This document shows positions 38,774 through 48,663 of a stretch of DNA of 64,000 bases, in pieces; position 1 is the stretch's first letter; each line of letters opens with the position of its first letter. The notes below the pieces were generated by a model, which saw only the letters and a program-made list of their open reading frames with translations, had not been told where the DNA came from and did no database searches. The position numbers and the translations under genes were made by a program. Source of the stretch: Candidatus Woesebacteria bacterium GW2011_GWF1_31_35 (GTDB lineage: Bacteria > Patescibacteriota > Microgenomatia > UBA8517); assembly GCA_001029755.1 (NCBI GenBank), contig CP011214.1:129754-193753 (forward strand), written 5' to 3'.

Positions 38774-39195
38774 TATTTAGTTCCTCCTTGGCTTTTTTTA
38801 ACTCCATACCTACTTCTTGATGTTTTTCTTCCAGAAACTCCAGTTGTATCTAACTTTCCTCTAACAATTGTGTATTTTACACCAGCTAAATCCTTTACTC
38901 TTCCGCCTCTTACTAAAACTACAGAGTGTTCTGCAAGTTCATGTCCTTCTCCAGGAATATAAACTGTAACTTCTTGTTTATTTGAAAGTCTGACTCTTGC
39001 AACTTTACGAAGAGCTGAATTAGGTTTTCTTGGAGTCATTGTTCTAACTGTTAAAACAACTCCTCTTTTAAATGGAGATGAATTATCCCCAAACTTTCTA
39101 TCTTTAGCATTAAACCAGCGCTTCAAAGAAGTAGTTTTTGACTTCTTCTTTAAAGATTTTCTTCCATGTCTTACCAATTGATTTGCTGTAGGCAT
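38773..39195 (-). CDS. rpsL: 30S ribosomal protein S12
   Basis: [20 protein letters not shown]. Confidence 0.99.
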   Translation of the reverse strand: MPTANQLVRHGRKSLKKKSKTTSLKRWFNAKDRKFGDNSSPFKRGVVLTVRTMTPRKPNSALRKVARVRLSNKQEVTVYIPGEGHELAEHSVVLVRGGRVKDLAGVKYTIVRGKLDTTGVSGRKTSRSRYGVKKSQGGTK

Positions 39196-39202
39196 AATAT
39201 AT

Positions 39203-42200
39203 TTAATTATTTGGCAAAAGTGCCTTTTCTGCTGTAACTGGGATTAGTCTTCCAATAATAACATTTTCTTTAAGTCCTAATAATTTATCTTCTCTACCCA
39301 TTAAAGAGCTTTCCGTCAATACTTCAGTTGTTTGTTCAAATGAAGCAGCTGATAACCAGCTTTCTGTATAAAGTGATCTTCTTGTAATACCTAAAACAAT
39401 TTGTTGTGCAGATGAAGGCTCTCCACCAGCTACTAGGGTCTTTTCATTTTCTTCCTCAAAAGATGCCTTACTTGTTAATTCTCCTGGTAAGAAATGGCTA
39501 TCTCCTGCGGTAACAATTCTTACCTCATCACTCATTTTTCTGGCGATTACTTCAAAATGTTTGTCATTTATTCCAATTCCTTGGGATTCATAAACCTTTT
39601 GTAATTCTGCAACCAAGTATTCCTGAGAAGCTCTCAATCCTTTAATTGCCAAAATATCTTTTATATCCAAAGGTCCAAAAGCCAAAGCTGTTCCCGCTTC
39701 AATTAATTGATTATCTTTTACTGCCAACTCTAATGTCTTTGGAATAATGTATTCTCTCTCTTCTTTTATCTTTCCAGTACCCCTTACTACTACTTTCCAA
39801 CCTTCTTCTACTTCTGAAACAACAGTTTTACCAGATATTTCAGTTATTGAAGATGAAATTTTTGGAGTTCTTCCTTCAACCAATTCTTCAACCCTAGGAA
39901 GTCCTTGGGTAATGTCGACCCCAACTACACCAGCTGAATGTTTTGTTTTTAATGTCAATTGAGTTCCCGGTTCTCCGATTGATTGTGCAGCAATAACTCC
40001 AACAGGAGTTCCAACTTCAACCTCTTTTTTGGTAGAAAGATCCCAACCATAACACTTTGCACAAAGTCCATGTCTTGATAAACATGTTAATGGAGATCTT
40101 AAAACAACTTCTTCAACACCAGCAGCATCAATTTTTGTTGCTAATTCTTCGTTTATTGAATCACCCTTGACAGCAATTACTTTATCCTTAGATGCTTTTA
40201 CATCATTTACCAAATATCTTCCAACAATTCTTTGAATAAATGAATTTGGTCTATCCAATTTTCTAATTGTTAGTCCTTCTTCAGAACCACAATCAACCTG
40301 TCTAATAATAAGGTCGTGTGAAACATCTACTAAACGTCTAGTTAAATACCCTGCATCTGCAGTTTTAATAGCTGTATCTGTTAATCCTTTTCTAGATCCT
40401 CTTGAGGAAGTAACATATTCAAATACTGACAAACCTTCTCTAAAGTTACTTTTAATTGGAAGTTCAACAATTTTACCCAACGGATCGACAACCAAACCTC
40501 TCATTGCTGATAATTGTTTCACTTGATCTCTTGAGGCACGACCGACTTTAGCATCAATAACAATCCTAATAGGATTAGTAGGTTCCATCAAAGCCCAAGT
40601 TTTATCTGCAATATCTTCTGAAACTTCGATCCAAACTTCTTTTATTTTTCTTTTCTTTTCTTCCAATGTAACTAACCCTTGATTAAAGTTTTCTTCGATA
40701 TCAGTTACTCTAATTTCAGCTTCCTTTAATAATTTCCCCTTTTCAGGAAGTAATACTGCATCAAATATACCAAATGAAATTCCTGAAAGAGTTCCAGCTG
40801 AAAATCCTAGATCTTTAACATCATCAATCATTTTTACAACTATTGATGCATCGCATTTTGCGTAGGCTAAACTAAATAATTTCTTAATTAATGTTGAGGT
40901 AGCTGATTCATTTACGAAATCAAAAACACTAGGCAATATTTCGTTAAAGTAAATTCTACCTACAGAAGTTTCAACAATTTTTCCTTCAATTCTAACTGAA
41001 ATTAATTGTCTCAATTCAATTCTTCCACTTTGATGAACTAAAATTGCCTCATCTTCATCTGAAAAGACATTCTTACATTTTTCAAGTTTAGGATCAACAG
41101 ATGTTAAATAATAAATTCCTAAAGCCATTTCTTTTGATGCAGGTGTAGAAACTGGTGAACCATCTGATGGACGTAATAAATTATGTTCAGGAAGCATTAA
41201 TGTTTTAGCTTCTTCTATGGCTTGTCTAGATAAAGGAATATGAACTGCCATTTGATCTCCATCAAAATCTGCATTAAATCCAGAACAAACTGCTGGATGA
41301 AGTCTAATTGCTGATCCTTCAATTAATACAGGATAGAAAGCTTGAATTGAAAGTTTATGTAAAGTTGGTGCACGATTAAGTAAAACTGGATGATCTTTAG
41401 TAATTTCTTCCAAAATATCAAAGACTTCAGGTGGTCTTCTATCAAGCATGTTTTTAGCTGATTTTACATTTGGTGCAATTCCTCTTGAGATCATTTCACG
41501 AAGGACAAATGGCTTAAACATTTCAAGAGCCATTTCTTTTGGAAGTCCACATTGATTAAGTTTTAAGTCAGGTCCAACTATAATTACACTTCTTCCTGAA
41601 TAATCAACTCTTTTCCCTAATAAATTTTGTCTAAATCTTCCTTGTTTTCCTTTTAACATATCAGATAAGGATCTTAATGGCTGTCTACCTCTTGCTCTTC
41701 TTGTTGCTTTTCTTTGTGATGCATCAATTAAAGAATCAACTGCTTCTTGAAGCATTCTTTTTTCATTTCTTAAAATTATTTCAGGAGCTCCTAATGTAAT
41801 TAAATGTTTTAATCTATTATTTCTATTGATTACTCTTCTATATAAATCATTTAAATCACTGGTTGCAAATCTTCCACCTGAAAGTTGCACCATTGGTCTT
41901 AAGTCTGGAGGAAGTACTGGAAGTACTTTAAGTATCATCCAAACAGGATCAATTTTAGCTCTCTTCATTCCATCTATAAGCTTTAATCTTTTAACTAATT
42001 TTATATATTTAGTGCTCGTTACTTTAGTTTCATCAATTTCAGCTCTTATCTCTACTGATTGTTTTTCCAAATCTACTTCTGCAAGAACAGAAAGAACTGC
42101 TTCAGCCCCCATCTTGGCATCAAAGAAATCTGCTGCTCCGTAAGTTGCTAATTCGTCATATTCTTCTTCAGATAAAATACTTAAAGTCTTAAGTCCTCTA

Positions 42201-42934
42201 ACTAAACTTATTAAATTTTCAAAAAGCTTAGAATTTCTAGAAAGATTTGCCTTTTCATCTTCAGAAATTGAAGTTTCTTTCTTTCTTGAATCTAGTTCAA
42301 TTTCAGATATTGCTAGAGACAATTGTTCTTTGTCTTTAATCTTTCCCTCAATTTTTTCTTTTGCTTTTTTGGCCTCACTAGAAAGGATTTCTTTCTTTTC
42401 TTTAAATACTGTAATAATTTGTTTTTCATTTTCAGAAAGTGCAGTTTCTAGTAATTTAATTGCTTCTTTTTTCTTATCTTCATCAACATTTAAAGCCATA
42501 TATCTAGCAAAATAAATAACTTGTTCCATAGCTCTTGGAGCAACACCTAAAATGGTCGATATCTTGGAAGGTGCACCTTTGAAAAACCAGATGTGAGCAA
42601 CTGGACAAGCAAGACTAATATGTCCCATTCTTTCGCGTCTTACACGAGATTGTGTAACTTCAACCCCACATTTATCACAAATTACACCTTTGTATCTGAT
42701 TCTTTTGTACTTTCCACAATAACATTCCCAATCTTTAGTAGGACCAAATATTTTTTCATCAAATAAACCATCTTTTTCAGATTTTAGAGTTCTATAATTA
42801 ATTGTCTCAGGTTTTAATACTTCACCTCTACTCCACCTTCTTATATCTTCAGGTGAAGCAAGTTTAATCATGAGGGTTGCAAAATCCTCAAGATTTTTCA
42901 AATCAAACAATTGATCAAGTGTATTAGTTAACAT
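39203..42934 (-). CDS. rpoC: RNA polymerase beta' subunit
   Basis: [16 protein letters not shown], Zn-binding Cys motifs. Confidence 0.99.
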   Translation of the reverse strand: MLTNTLDQLFDLKNLEDFATLMIKLASPEDIRRWSRGEVLKPETINYRTLKSEKDGLFDEKIFGPTKDWECYCGKYKRIRYKGVICDKCGVEVTQSRVRRERMGHISLACPVAHIWFFKGAPSKISTILGVAPRAMEQVIYFARYMALNVDEDKKKEAIKLLETALSENEKQIITVFKEKKEILSSEAKKAKEKIEGKIKDKEQLSLAISEIELDSRKKETSISEDEKANLSRNSKLFENLISLVRGLKTLSILSEEEYDELATYGAADFFDAKMGAEAVLSVLAEVDLEKQSVEIRAEIDETKVTSTKYIKLVKRLKLIDGMKRAKIDPVWMILKVLPVLPPDLRPMVQLSGGRFATSDLNDLYRRVINRNNRLKHLITLGAPEIILRNEKRMLQEAVDSLIDASQRKATRRARGRQPLRSLSDMLKGKQGRFRQNLLGKRVDYSGRSVIIVGPDLKLNQCGLPKEMALEMFKPFVLREMISRGIAPNVKSAKNMLDRRPPEVFDILEEITKDHPVLLNRAPTLHKLSIQAFYPVLIEGSAIRLHPAVCSGFNADFDGDQMAVHIPLSRQAIEEAKTLMLPEHNLLRPSDGSPVSTPASKEMALGIYYLTSVDPKLEKCKNVFSDEDEAILVHQSGRIELRQLISVRIEGKIVETSVGRIYFNEILPSVFDFVNESATSTLIKKLFSLAYAKCDASIVVKMIDDVKDLGFSAGTLSGISFGIFDAVLLPEKGKLLKEAEIRVTDIEENFNQGLVTLEEKKRKIKEVWIEVSEDIADKTWALMEPTNPIRIVIDAKVGRASRDQVKQLSAMRGLVVDPLGKIVELPIKSNFREGLSVFEYVTSSRGSRKGLTDTAIKTADAGYLTRRLVDVSHDLIIRQVDCGSEEGLTIRKLDRPNSFIQRIVGRYLVNDVKASKDKVIAVKGDSINEELATKIDAAGVEEVVLRSPLTCLSRHGLCAKCYGWDLSTKKEVEVGTPVGVIAAQSIGEPGTQLTLKTKHSAGVVGVDITQGLPRVEELVEGRTPKISSSITEISGKTVVSEVEEGWKVVVRGTGKIKEEREYIIPKTLELAVKDNQLIEAGTALAFGPLDIKDILAIKGLRASQEYLVAELQKVYESQGIGINDKHFEVIARKMSDEVRIVTAGDSHFLPGELTSKASFEEENEKTLVAGGEPSSAQQIVLGITRRSLYTESWLSAASFEQTTEVLTESSLMGREDKLLGLKENVIIGRLIPVTAEKALLPNN

Positions 42935-45900
42935 TTACTACCTCCATTATTCCTTTAGGATCTACTAATTCTTCAGTTGCAATAACTTCAGCCCCTAAGT
43001 TTTTAGCAAGTTCTTCACCAGCTTTTGTATCTTCATCAATAATATCTTTAGTTAAAGTTACCCCTTTAGGAATAATATTTAGGCCCAATGCGTTTAGTTC
43101 TCTAACTAAAACCTTAAAGCTTTCAGGAATTGTTGATTCTGGAATATCAGTATTTTTAACTATTGCTTCAAAAGCCTTGGCACGACCAACAATATCATCA
43201 GATTTAATTGTCAACATTTCTTGTAATATATGTTGTGCACGGTGTGCCTCAAGTGCCCAGACTTCCATTTCTCCTAATCTTTGGCCTCCCATTTGAGCTT
43301 TACCACCCAATGGTTGTTGTGTAACAAGAGAATATGGACCAGTTGATCTAGCATGAGTCTTGTCTTCAACCATATGAGTGAGTTTTAATATATAACCAAT
43401 ACCAACGACCGTATCTTCTTTAAAAGATTCGCCAGTTCTTCCATCAGTTAATCTGGTCTTTCCAGTGACAGAAAGGTTCGCGTTTTTAAGTTCTTTGACT
43501 AAAGTATCTTCAGTAATATGATCGAAAACTGGAAATGCTCCTTTTTCATTCATCTTATGAAGTGCTAAACCAAAATGAGCTTCTAGTAATTGACCTAAAT
43601 TCATACGAGAAAGAACTGATAATGGTGAAATAACAATATCTACTGGAGTACCATCTGACAAATAAGGCATATCAGAAACTGACATTATTTTAGAAATTAC
43701 TCCTTTATTTCCATGTCTACCAGCAACTTTATCTCCAACAGTAATTTTTCTAATTTGGGCAACTTTAACAGTTATTTTTTCAATTACTCCAGGTCCTAAA
43801 TCATCACCCTTGTTTCGATCTAAAATATTAACTCCAACAACAATACCTTTTTCACCATGTGGGACACGAAGAGAGGTATCTCTTACTTCTCTTGCCTTTT
43901 CACCAAAAATAGCACGTAGAAGTCTTTCTTCTGATGTTAATTCTGTTTCTCCTTTTGGAGCAATCTTTCCTACTAAAATATCATTAGGTCCTACTTCTGC
44001 CCCAATTACCACAATTCCATCTTCAGCTAAGTTTGCCAGTTCTGCCTCTGAAACATTTGGAATATCTCTTGTTCTTTCCTCCGCGCCTAGTTTAGTGTCT
44101 ACCACTTCTGCATCATATTCTTCGATATGAATTGATGTTAAAAGATCTTCTTTAACTAACCTATCTGAAATTAATATGGCATCTTCAAAACCATATCCGC
44201 CAAAACTTGTGTAGGCAACAACTAAATTTCGACCTAAGGCTAATTCTCCATTTTGACTTGCAGGACCATCTACTAACAAATCACCTTCTTTAATCTTTTC
44301 TCCAGGTGAAACAATAATTCTTTGGTTATAACAAGTAGAATGAGCTGTTCTTTTAAATTTCATTAACGAATAACTTTCTTTATTACCACCATCAATTACA
44401 TCAACATCTTCTGCTGATTCATCAATCGAAATTTTTTTATCTAATTTAATTACTACTTTTTCATTATCAGTATATTCAACAATTCCAGAATGTCTTGCAA
44501 CAACTGCTCTTTTCATTGCTTGTGAAATTTCTCCCTCCATACCTGTTCCAACAATTGGTGCTTCAGGAGCAACCAATGGAACAGCCTGACATTGCATGTT
44601 AGATCCCATTAAAGCTCTATTTCCTTCATCATGTGCCAAAAATGGAATTAAAGAAGCTGAAGTTCCAACTAATTGTCTTGGAGTAATATCAATTAAATCT
44701 ACAAGTGTTGAAAGTCCTTCTGTAAAATTACCTAAATATCTTAATGGAACTCTCTCATCTTTAATAAAGCCTTTATCATCAATCGAAATTCCAGAATGAG
44801 TTATGTGATAATTTTCTTCATCATCTGCTGTTAAATAAGTGATTTCATCAGTAACTCTGACTTTTTTACCAACTTTTTCTATTTTTTTATAGGGAGTTTC
44901 TAAAAATCCGAACTCATTTACCCTTGCATAAAGAGATAAATATGTAACTAAACCAATATTTGGTCCTTCAGGACTTCTTACTGGATCAAGTCTTCCATAT
45001 TGTGACGAATTAACGTCTCTTATAGAAAAAGATGCTCTTTCCCTGTTAATTCCACCTGCTCCAAGAACTGAAACACGTCTTAAATTATCAACCTCTGAAA
45101 GAGGATTTGTATCATCTAAAATTGTTGAAAGTTGGTTACTTCTAAAAAATTCATTTAAAGAAGAAATTAAAGGTCTAGCATTAATTAAATTTGATGGAAG
45201 TGGTCTATCATCTGGGGAAATTAAGCTCATTTTTTCTTTAACTGATCTTTCTAGCCTTAAAAGTCCAATTCTAAAAGCATTAACAGCAACCAATTCTCCA
45301 ACTCTTCTTAATCTTCTATTTGAAAGATGATCAATATCATCAACTCTTCCTTTACCGTTTTGAAGTCCAACAAGATAGTTTAAAGAAGAAGTAACATCTT
45401 TTAATGTCAAAACATTTACATTCTTTTCTGCAATAATACTTCCTAATCTTTTGTTAATTTTATGTCTCCCAACTTCTCCTAAATCATATCTTCTTTTATC
45501 TAAAAATAAACTTTCAAAAAGATTAACTGCATTTTCAACCAAAACAGGTTCTCCTGGTCTTAATTTTCTATAAATTTCCAAAAGTGCTTCTTCTCTTCCT
45601 TTAGTAGAATCTTTTTCAAGAGTTTTCTCTATATATTTATGTTCTTTATCTGAATCAATTTCAGAAAATAATCTAATTATCTCTTTTTCATTCTCTAGCC
45701 CTAAAGCTTTTAAAAATACTGTTGCCAATACTTTTTTCCTTCTATCAATTCTTGCATAAATTAAGTCTCCTCTTGTTACTTCAAATTCAAGCCATGAACC
45801 ATGAAGCGGTCTTACTTCTGCTTTATAGAGAACTCTCCCTGAAGAAGGATCAAGCTCACCAGAAAAATAAATTCCTGGGGATCTGACTATTTGATTAATG

Positions 45901-46286
45901 ACTGCTCTTTCAATTCCGTTAATTATAAATGTTCCACGATGTGTCATTTGTGGAAGATCACCTAAAAAAACTTCTTGACTTACTTCTTTACCTGTTCTTT
46001 TATTTATTAAATTTGCAGTTATTTTTAGAGGGGAAGAATATGTTGAACCTTTAAGCTGAGCATGAGAAGCAGTTATTGAAGGTAACCCCAAAGAATGATC
46101 ACCTAATGAAAGTTGCCAATTTTTACCCGTAAAATCATCTATTGGAGAAATTGCTTTAAGTTCTTCGGCTATACCATTTACTAAAAACCATTGCCATGAT
46201 TCTCTTTGAATCAACGTTAAATCTAGTTTAGGTAGATTTTCATCTTCTTTTCCGAAATTTCTTCTAGGGTTAATTTTTGACTTCAT
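42924..46286 (-). CDS. rpoB: RNA polymerase beta subunit
   Basis: GDKVAGRHGNKG, GQRLGEMEVWALE, KSDD. Confidence 0.99.
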   Translation of the reverse strand: MKSKINPRRNFGKEDENLPKLDLTLIQRESWQWFLVNGIAEELKAISPIDDFTGKNWQLSLGDHSLGLPSITASHAQLKGSTYSSPLKITANLINKRTGKEVSQEVFLGDLPQMTHRGTFIINGIERAVINQIVRSPGIYFSGELDPSSGRVLYKAEVRPLHGSWLEFEVTRGDLIYARIDRRKKVLATVFLKALGLENEKEIIRLFSEIDSDKEHKYIEKTLEKDSTKGREEALLEIYRKLRPGEPVLVENAVNLFESLFLDKRRYDLGEVGRHKINKRLGSIIAEKNVNVLTLKDVTSSLNYLVGLQNGKGRVDDIDHLSNRRLRRVGELVAVNAFRIGLLRLERSVKEKMSLISPDDRPLPSNLINARPLISSLNEFFRSNQLSTILDDTNPLSEVDNLRRVSVLGAGGINRERASFSIRDVNSSQYGRLDPVRSPEGPNIGLVTYLSLYARVNEFGFLETPYKKIEKVGKKVRVTDEITYLTADDEENYHITHSGISIDDKGFIKDERVPLRYLGNFTEGLSTLVDLIDITPRQLVGTSASLIPFLAHDEGNRALMGSNMQCQAVPLVAPEAPIVGTGMEGEISQAMKRAVVARHSGIVEYTDNEKVVIKLDKKISIDESAEDVDVIDGGNKESYSLMKFKRTAHSTCYNQRIIVSPGEKIKEGDLLVDGPASQNGELALGRNLVVAYTSFGGYGFEDAILISDRLVKEDLLTSIHIEEYDAEVVDTKLGAEERTRDIPNVSEAELANLAEDGIVVIGAEVGPNDILVGKIAPKGETELTSEERLLRAIFGEKAREVRDTSLRVPHGEKGIVVGVNILDRNKGDDLGPGVIEKITVKVAQIRKITVGDKVAGRHGNKGVISKIMSVSDMPYLSDGTPVDIVISPLSVLSRMNLGQLLEAHFGLALHKMNEKGAFPVFDHITEDTLVKELKNANLSVTGKTRLTDGRTGESFKEDTVVGIGYILKLTHMVEDKTHARSTGPYSLVTQQPLGGKAQMGGQRLGEMEVWALEAHRAQHILQEMLTIKSDDIVGRAKAFEAIVKNTDIPESTIPESFKVLVRELNALGLNIIPKGVTLTKDIIDEDTKAGEELAKNLGAEVIATEELVDPKGIMEVVNVN

Positions 46287-46301
46287 TTAAATATTTTTGG
46301 C

Positions 46302-46384
46302 AAAAACGAAAACCCCGCAGATGCGGGAATAGCCTACAAATGTAGGCCTAAGGCTGATTATATATAAATAAGAATTGGTGTCAA
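46302..46384 (-). promoter_or_regulatory. rpoB promoter and two-hairpin leader ending in a terminator-like structure
   Basis: TTGACA-16-TATAAT; GCCTAC-ATTT-GTAGGC; TCCCGC-ATCT-GCGGGG then TTTTCGTTTTT. Confidence 0.7.
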
Positions 46385-46424
46385 GCGGTAAAATTATATC
46401 TAAATTAAGATACCTTCTTTATGT

Positions 46425-47378
46425 CTAGTTTAGATATTTCCTTACGTTTGCATTATGTTCTTCTAAATTTTTGGCATAATGAATAACACCCTTGCCATCA
46501 TGAATGTAATACCAAAAATCTGACTTTTCAGGATTTATAGAAGCATTTATAGAAGATAAACCTGGGTTCGCAATAGGAAGAGGAGGAAGACCTAAATTTT
46601 TATAGGTATTGTAAGTAGAATTTATTTCTTTATCTAAATTAAAAACATCACCCCAATATTTACAATCAATAATCTTATTTTTACATTCAATATTAGCCTT
46701 TGCATATTGAACTGTTGCATCAACTTGAAGAGGCCAACCGGCATCAATTCTTTTGTATAAAATTCCTGCAACAATTGGTTTCTCATCATCCCCTAAAGTC
46801 TCTCTTTCTATTAAGGATGCCATTATTAATTGTTCTAAAGTCACATCACTTACTTTTTTATCAAAAGTGGAAAGCATTTTAGCTACAATTGCAGATGAAG
46901 ATGCTGACTTTGAGAATAAATATGTGTCTGGAAATAAATATCCTTCTTTCCCAATTGTTAAAGAGTTAAATTCTTTCATAAAGTCACTATTTTTACTTAA
47001 AGAACTTGCAAATTTTTGAGAAATCTCTTCTCTTCTTAATCCTTCAGGTATTGTTACCCAAATTTCTGCTGGACCTTTTTTTAAAGTTTCTAAAATTTCA
47101 ATAAGTGTTAGATTTTTTGAAAGACTAAACTCTCCAGCTTGAATTTTATTCTGTGAACCAGTTAATTGAACATAAAATTTAAAAACAATGGGGTTTTTAA
47201 TAAAACCCTGTTTATATAAATCATTTCCAATCAAAGAAACTGAGCTTCCTTTAGTAATTAAAAAATTAACTTGAGTTTTATCAGTTGATACAGGAAGAAA
47301 CATTTGTTTAACAAAAATAATTCCAACAACAAATAATGATAGAGCAAAAAAAAGTAAATAAATTATTTTTTTAAACAT
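46425..47378 (-). CDS. mltG: Endolytic transglycosylase MltG (YceG family)
   Basis: TIPEG, EGYLFPDTY, ASLIERE, LQVDATV, GLPPLPIANPG. Confidence 0.95.
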   Translation of the reverse strand: MFKKIIYLLFFALSLFVVGIIFVKQMFLPVSTDKTQVNFLITKGSSVSLIGNDLYKQGFIKNPIVFKFYVQLTGSQNKIQAGEFSLSKNLTLIEILETLKKGPAEIWVTIPEGLRREEISQKFASSLSKNSDFMKEFNSLTIGKEGYLFPDTYLFSKSASSSAIVAKMLSTFDKKVSDVTLEQLIMASLIERETLGDDEKPIVAGILYKRIDAGWPLQVDATVQYAKANIECKNKIIDCKYWGDVFNLDKEINSTYNTYKNLGLPPLPIANPGLSSINASINPEKSDFWYYIHDGKGVIHYAKNLEEHNANVRKYLN

Positions 47379-47401
47379 TTAAAGAAATTAATTTTTAATT
47401 A

Positions 47402-47599
47402 TTAAACTTCATCAATGAGGGCACGACGATATTTCTTTGTTTTAGTGTCATGAATATAAATTCTCCCGCATTTACAGGTTACTATTTCTCCATACTTATG
47501 AAGTTTTTTTGAAGCTTTATCCAAAGGCATACCACAACCTACACATTTTCCCTGAGAAAGCAACCATGCCTGTATTGGCGCAATTACATTTTTAAACAT
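47402..47599 (-). CDS. Small zinc-ribbon protein
   Basis: CVGCG...CKCG in 65 aa; overlaps ruvX stop. Confidence 0.75.
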   Translation of the reverse strand: MFKNVIAPIQAWLLSQGKCVGCGMPLDKASKKLHKYGEIVTCKCGRIYIHDTKTKKYRRALIDEV

Positions 47600-47957
47600 A
47601 ATCTATGTAAGATTGTAACATAACTGTTGCAGCAAATGCATCCTCATTTAATTTTCGTTTTTTTCTATTCATACCAGATTCGATTGACAACTTTTGCGCA
47701 TCATGAGTGGAAAGAGTTTCATCAAAGGTTTTTGCATTAATTCTTTCTGCAAATTTTTTTGACTCTTCTCCCATTTCCCCTTCAGAAACTCCCACTACAA
47801 CTTGTTCTATTTGTAACACTTTTATTATTTGTAATATCTTTTTAACAGCACTTTCAAAACTATCTACTTTAATTACCTTATAGGGCTCAGCTAAAGTAGA
47901 ATTGCCAAGTGCAAGCCCTATTTTTCTTCTTCCATAATCAATTCCTAATATTTTCAT
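47592..47957 (-). CDS. ruvX: YqgF/RuvX family pre-16S rRNA nuclease
   Basis: ILGIDYGRRKIGLA, DETLST, DAFAATVMLQ; ATG 47957. Confidence 0.93.
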   Translation of the reverse strand: MKILGIDYGRRKIGLALGNSTLAEPYKVIKVDSFESAVKKILQIIKVLQIEQVVVGVSEGEMGEESKKFAERINAKTFDETLSTHDAQKLSIESGMNRKKRKLNEDAFAATVMLQSYIDYV

Positions 47958-47970
47958 ATAATTTAATTTA

Positions 47971-48663
47971 TTAAATAGACGCATCAGAAACAACTCTTGC
48001 CCTAACAATTAATCTTCTTGGATTTCTAGGATCCCCTGGTGGAACACAAGTAACTAAAGTTAAAAATGAATCAGTTGTATCTTGTTGCAAAATTTGAATA
48101 TCCGTAGGAAGAATTTCAAATAACTCTTCGACCTTAAATTTGTAAGAAACACCATCAAAATTTACTAAAATATCATCTCCTTTTTTAAGTGTAGGTAAAG
48201 TTGAAAAAATAGCTATATAGTTTTTAGGATTATAAAAGATAGGTAATATTGAATGGCCAAAAATTGCAGCGTTTCCATTTTTGCCAGGTAGTGCTGTTCC
48301 TGGATATTGAACTAAATTTTTGGAAAGATCATCTCCACCAATTGAGACTACAGCATTTTCAATTTTAAGTTTTGGAATTGAGATTGTATAAAATGCAACC
48401 TTAGAAGGATTAAAGTCTTTATTTCCAGAGGCTTCTGGAAACCAATTAGATGCTTTTGTAAAATCTTTATTTTCCTGTTTATTATTAGTTTTATCTTGAA
48501 TAATAAGTGGAGATAGTAAGGTTGCATAGGTTCTCGCTTTGGTTAATTGGTATTCAACAATCGGCCAAACAGAAGCAATTAATATAATTAATCCCGAAAT
48601 TCCACAAATTAAAGAAGAAATTTTGATTATTTTTCTTTTACGATGGTAACTTGAAGCATTCAT
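47971..48663 (-). CDS. Sortase
   Basis: N-terminal TM; GNAAIFGHS (His), LTLVTC (Cys), RRLIVRA (Arg). Confidence 0.92.
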   Translation of the reverse strand: MNASSYHRKRKIIKISSLICGISGLIILIASVWPIVEYQLTKARTYATLLSPLIIQDKTNNKQENKDFTKASNWFPEASGNKDFNPSKVAFYTISIPKLKIENAVVSIGGDDLSKNLVQYPGTALPGKNGNAAIFGHSILPIFYNPKNYIAIFSTLPTLKKGDDILVNFDGVSYKFKVEELFEILPTDIQILQQDTTDSFLTLVTCVPPGDPRNPRRLIVRARVVSDASI

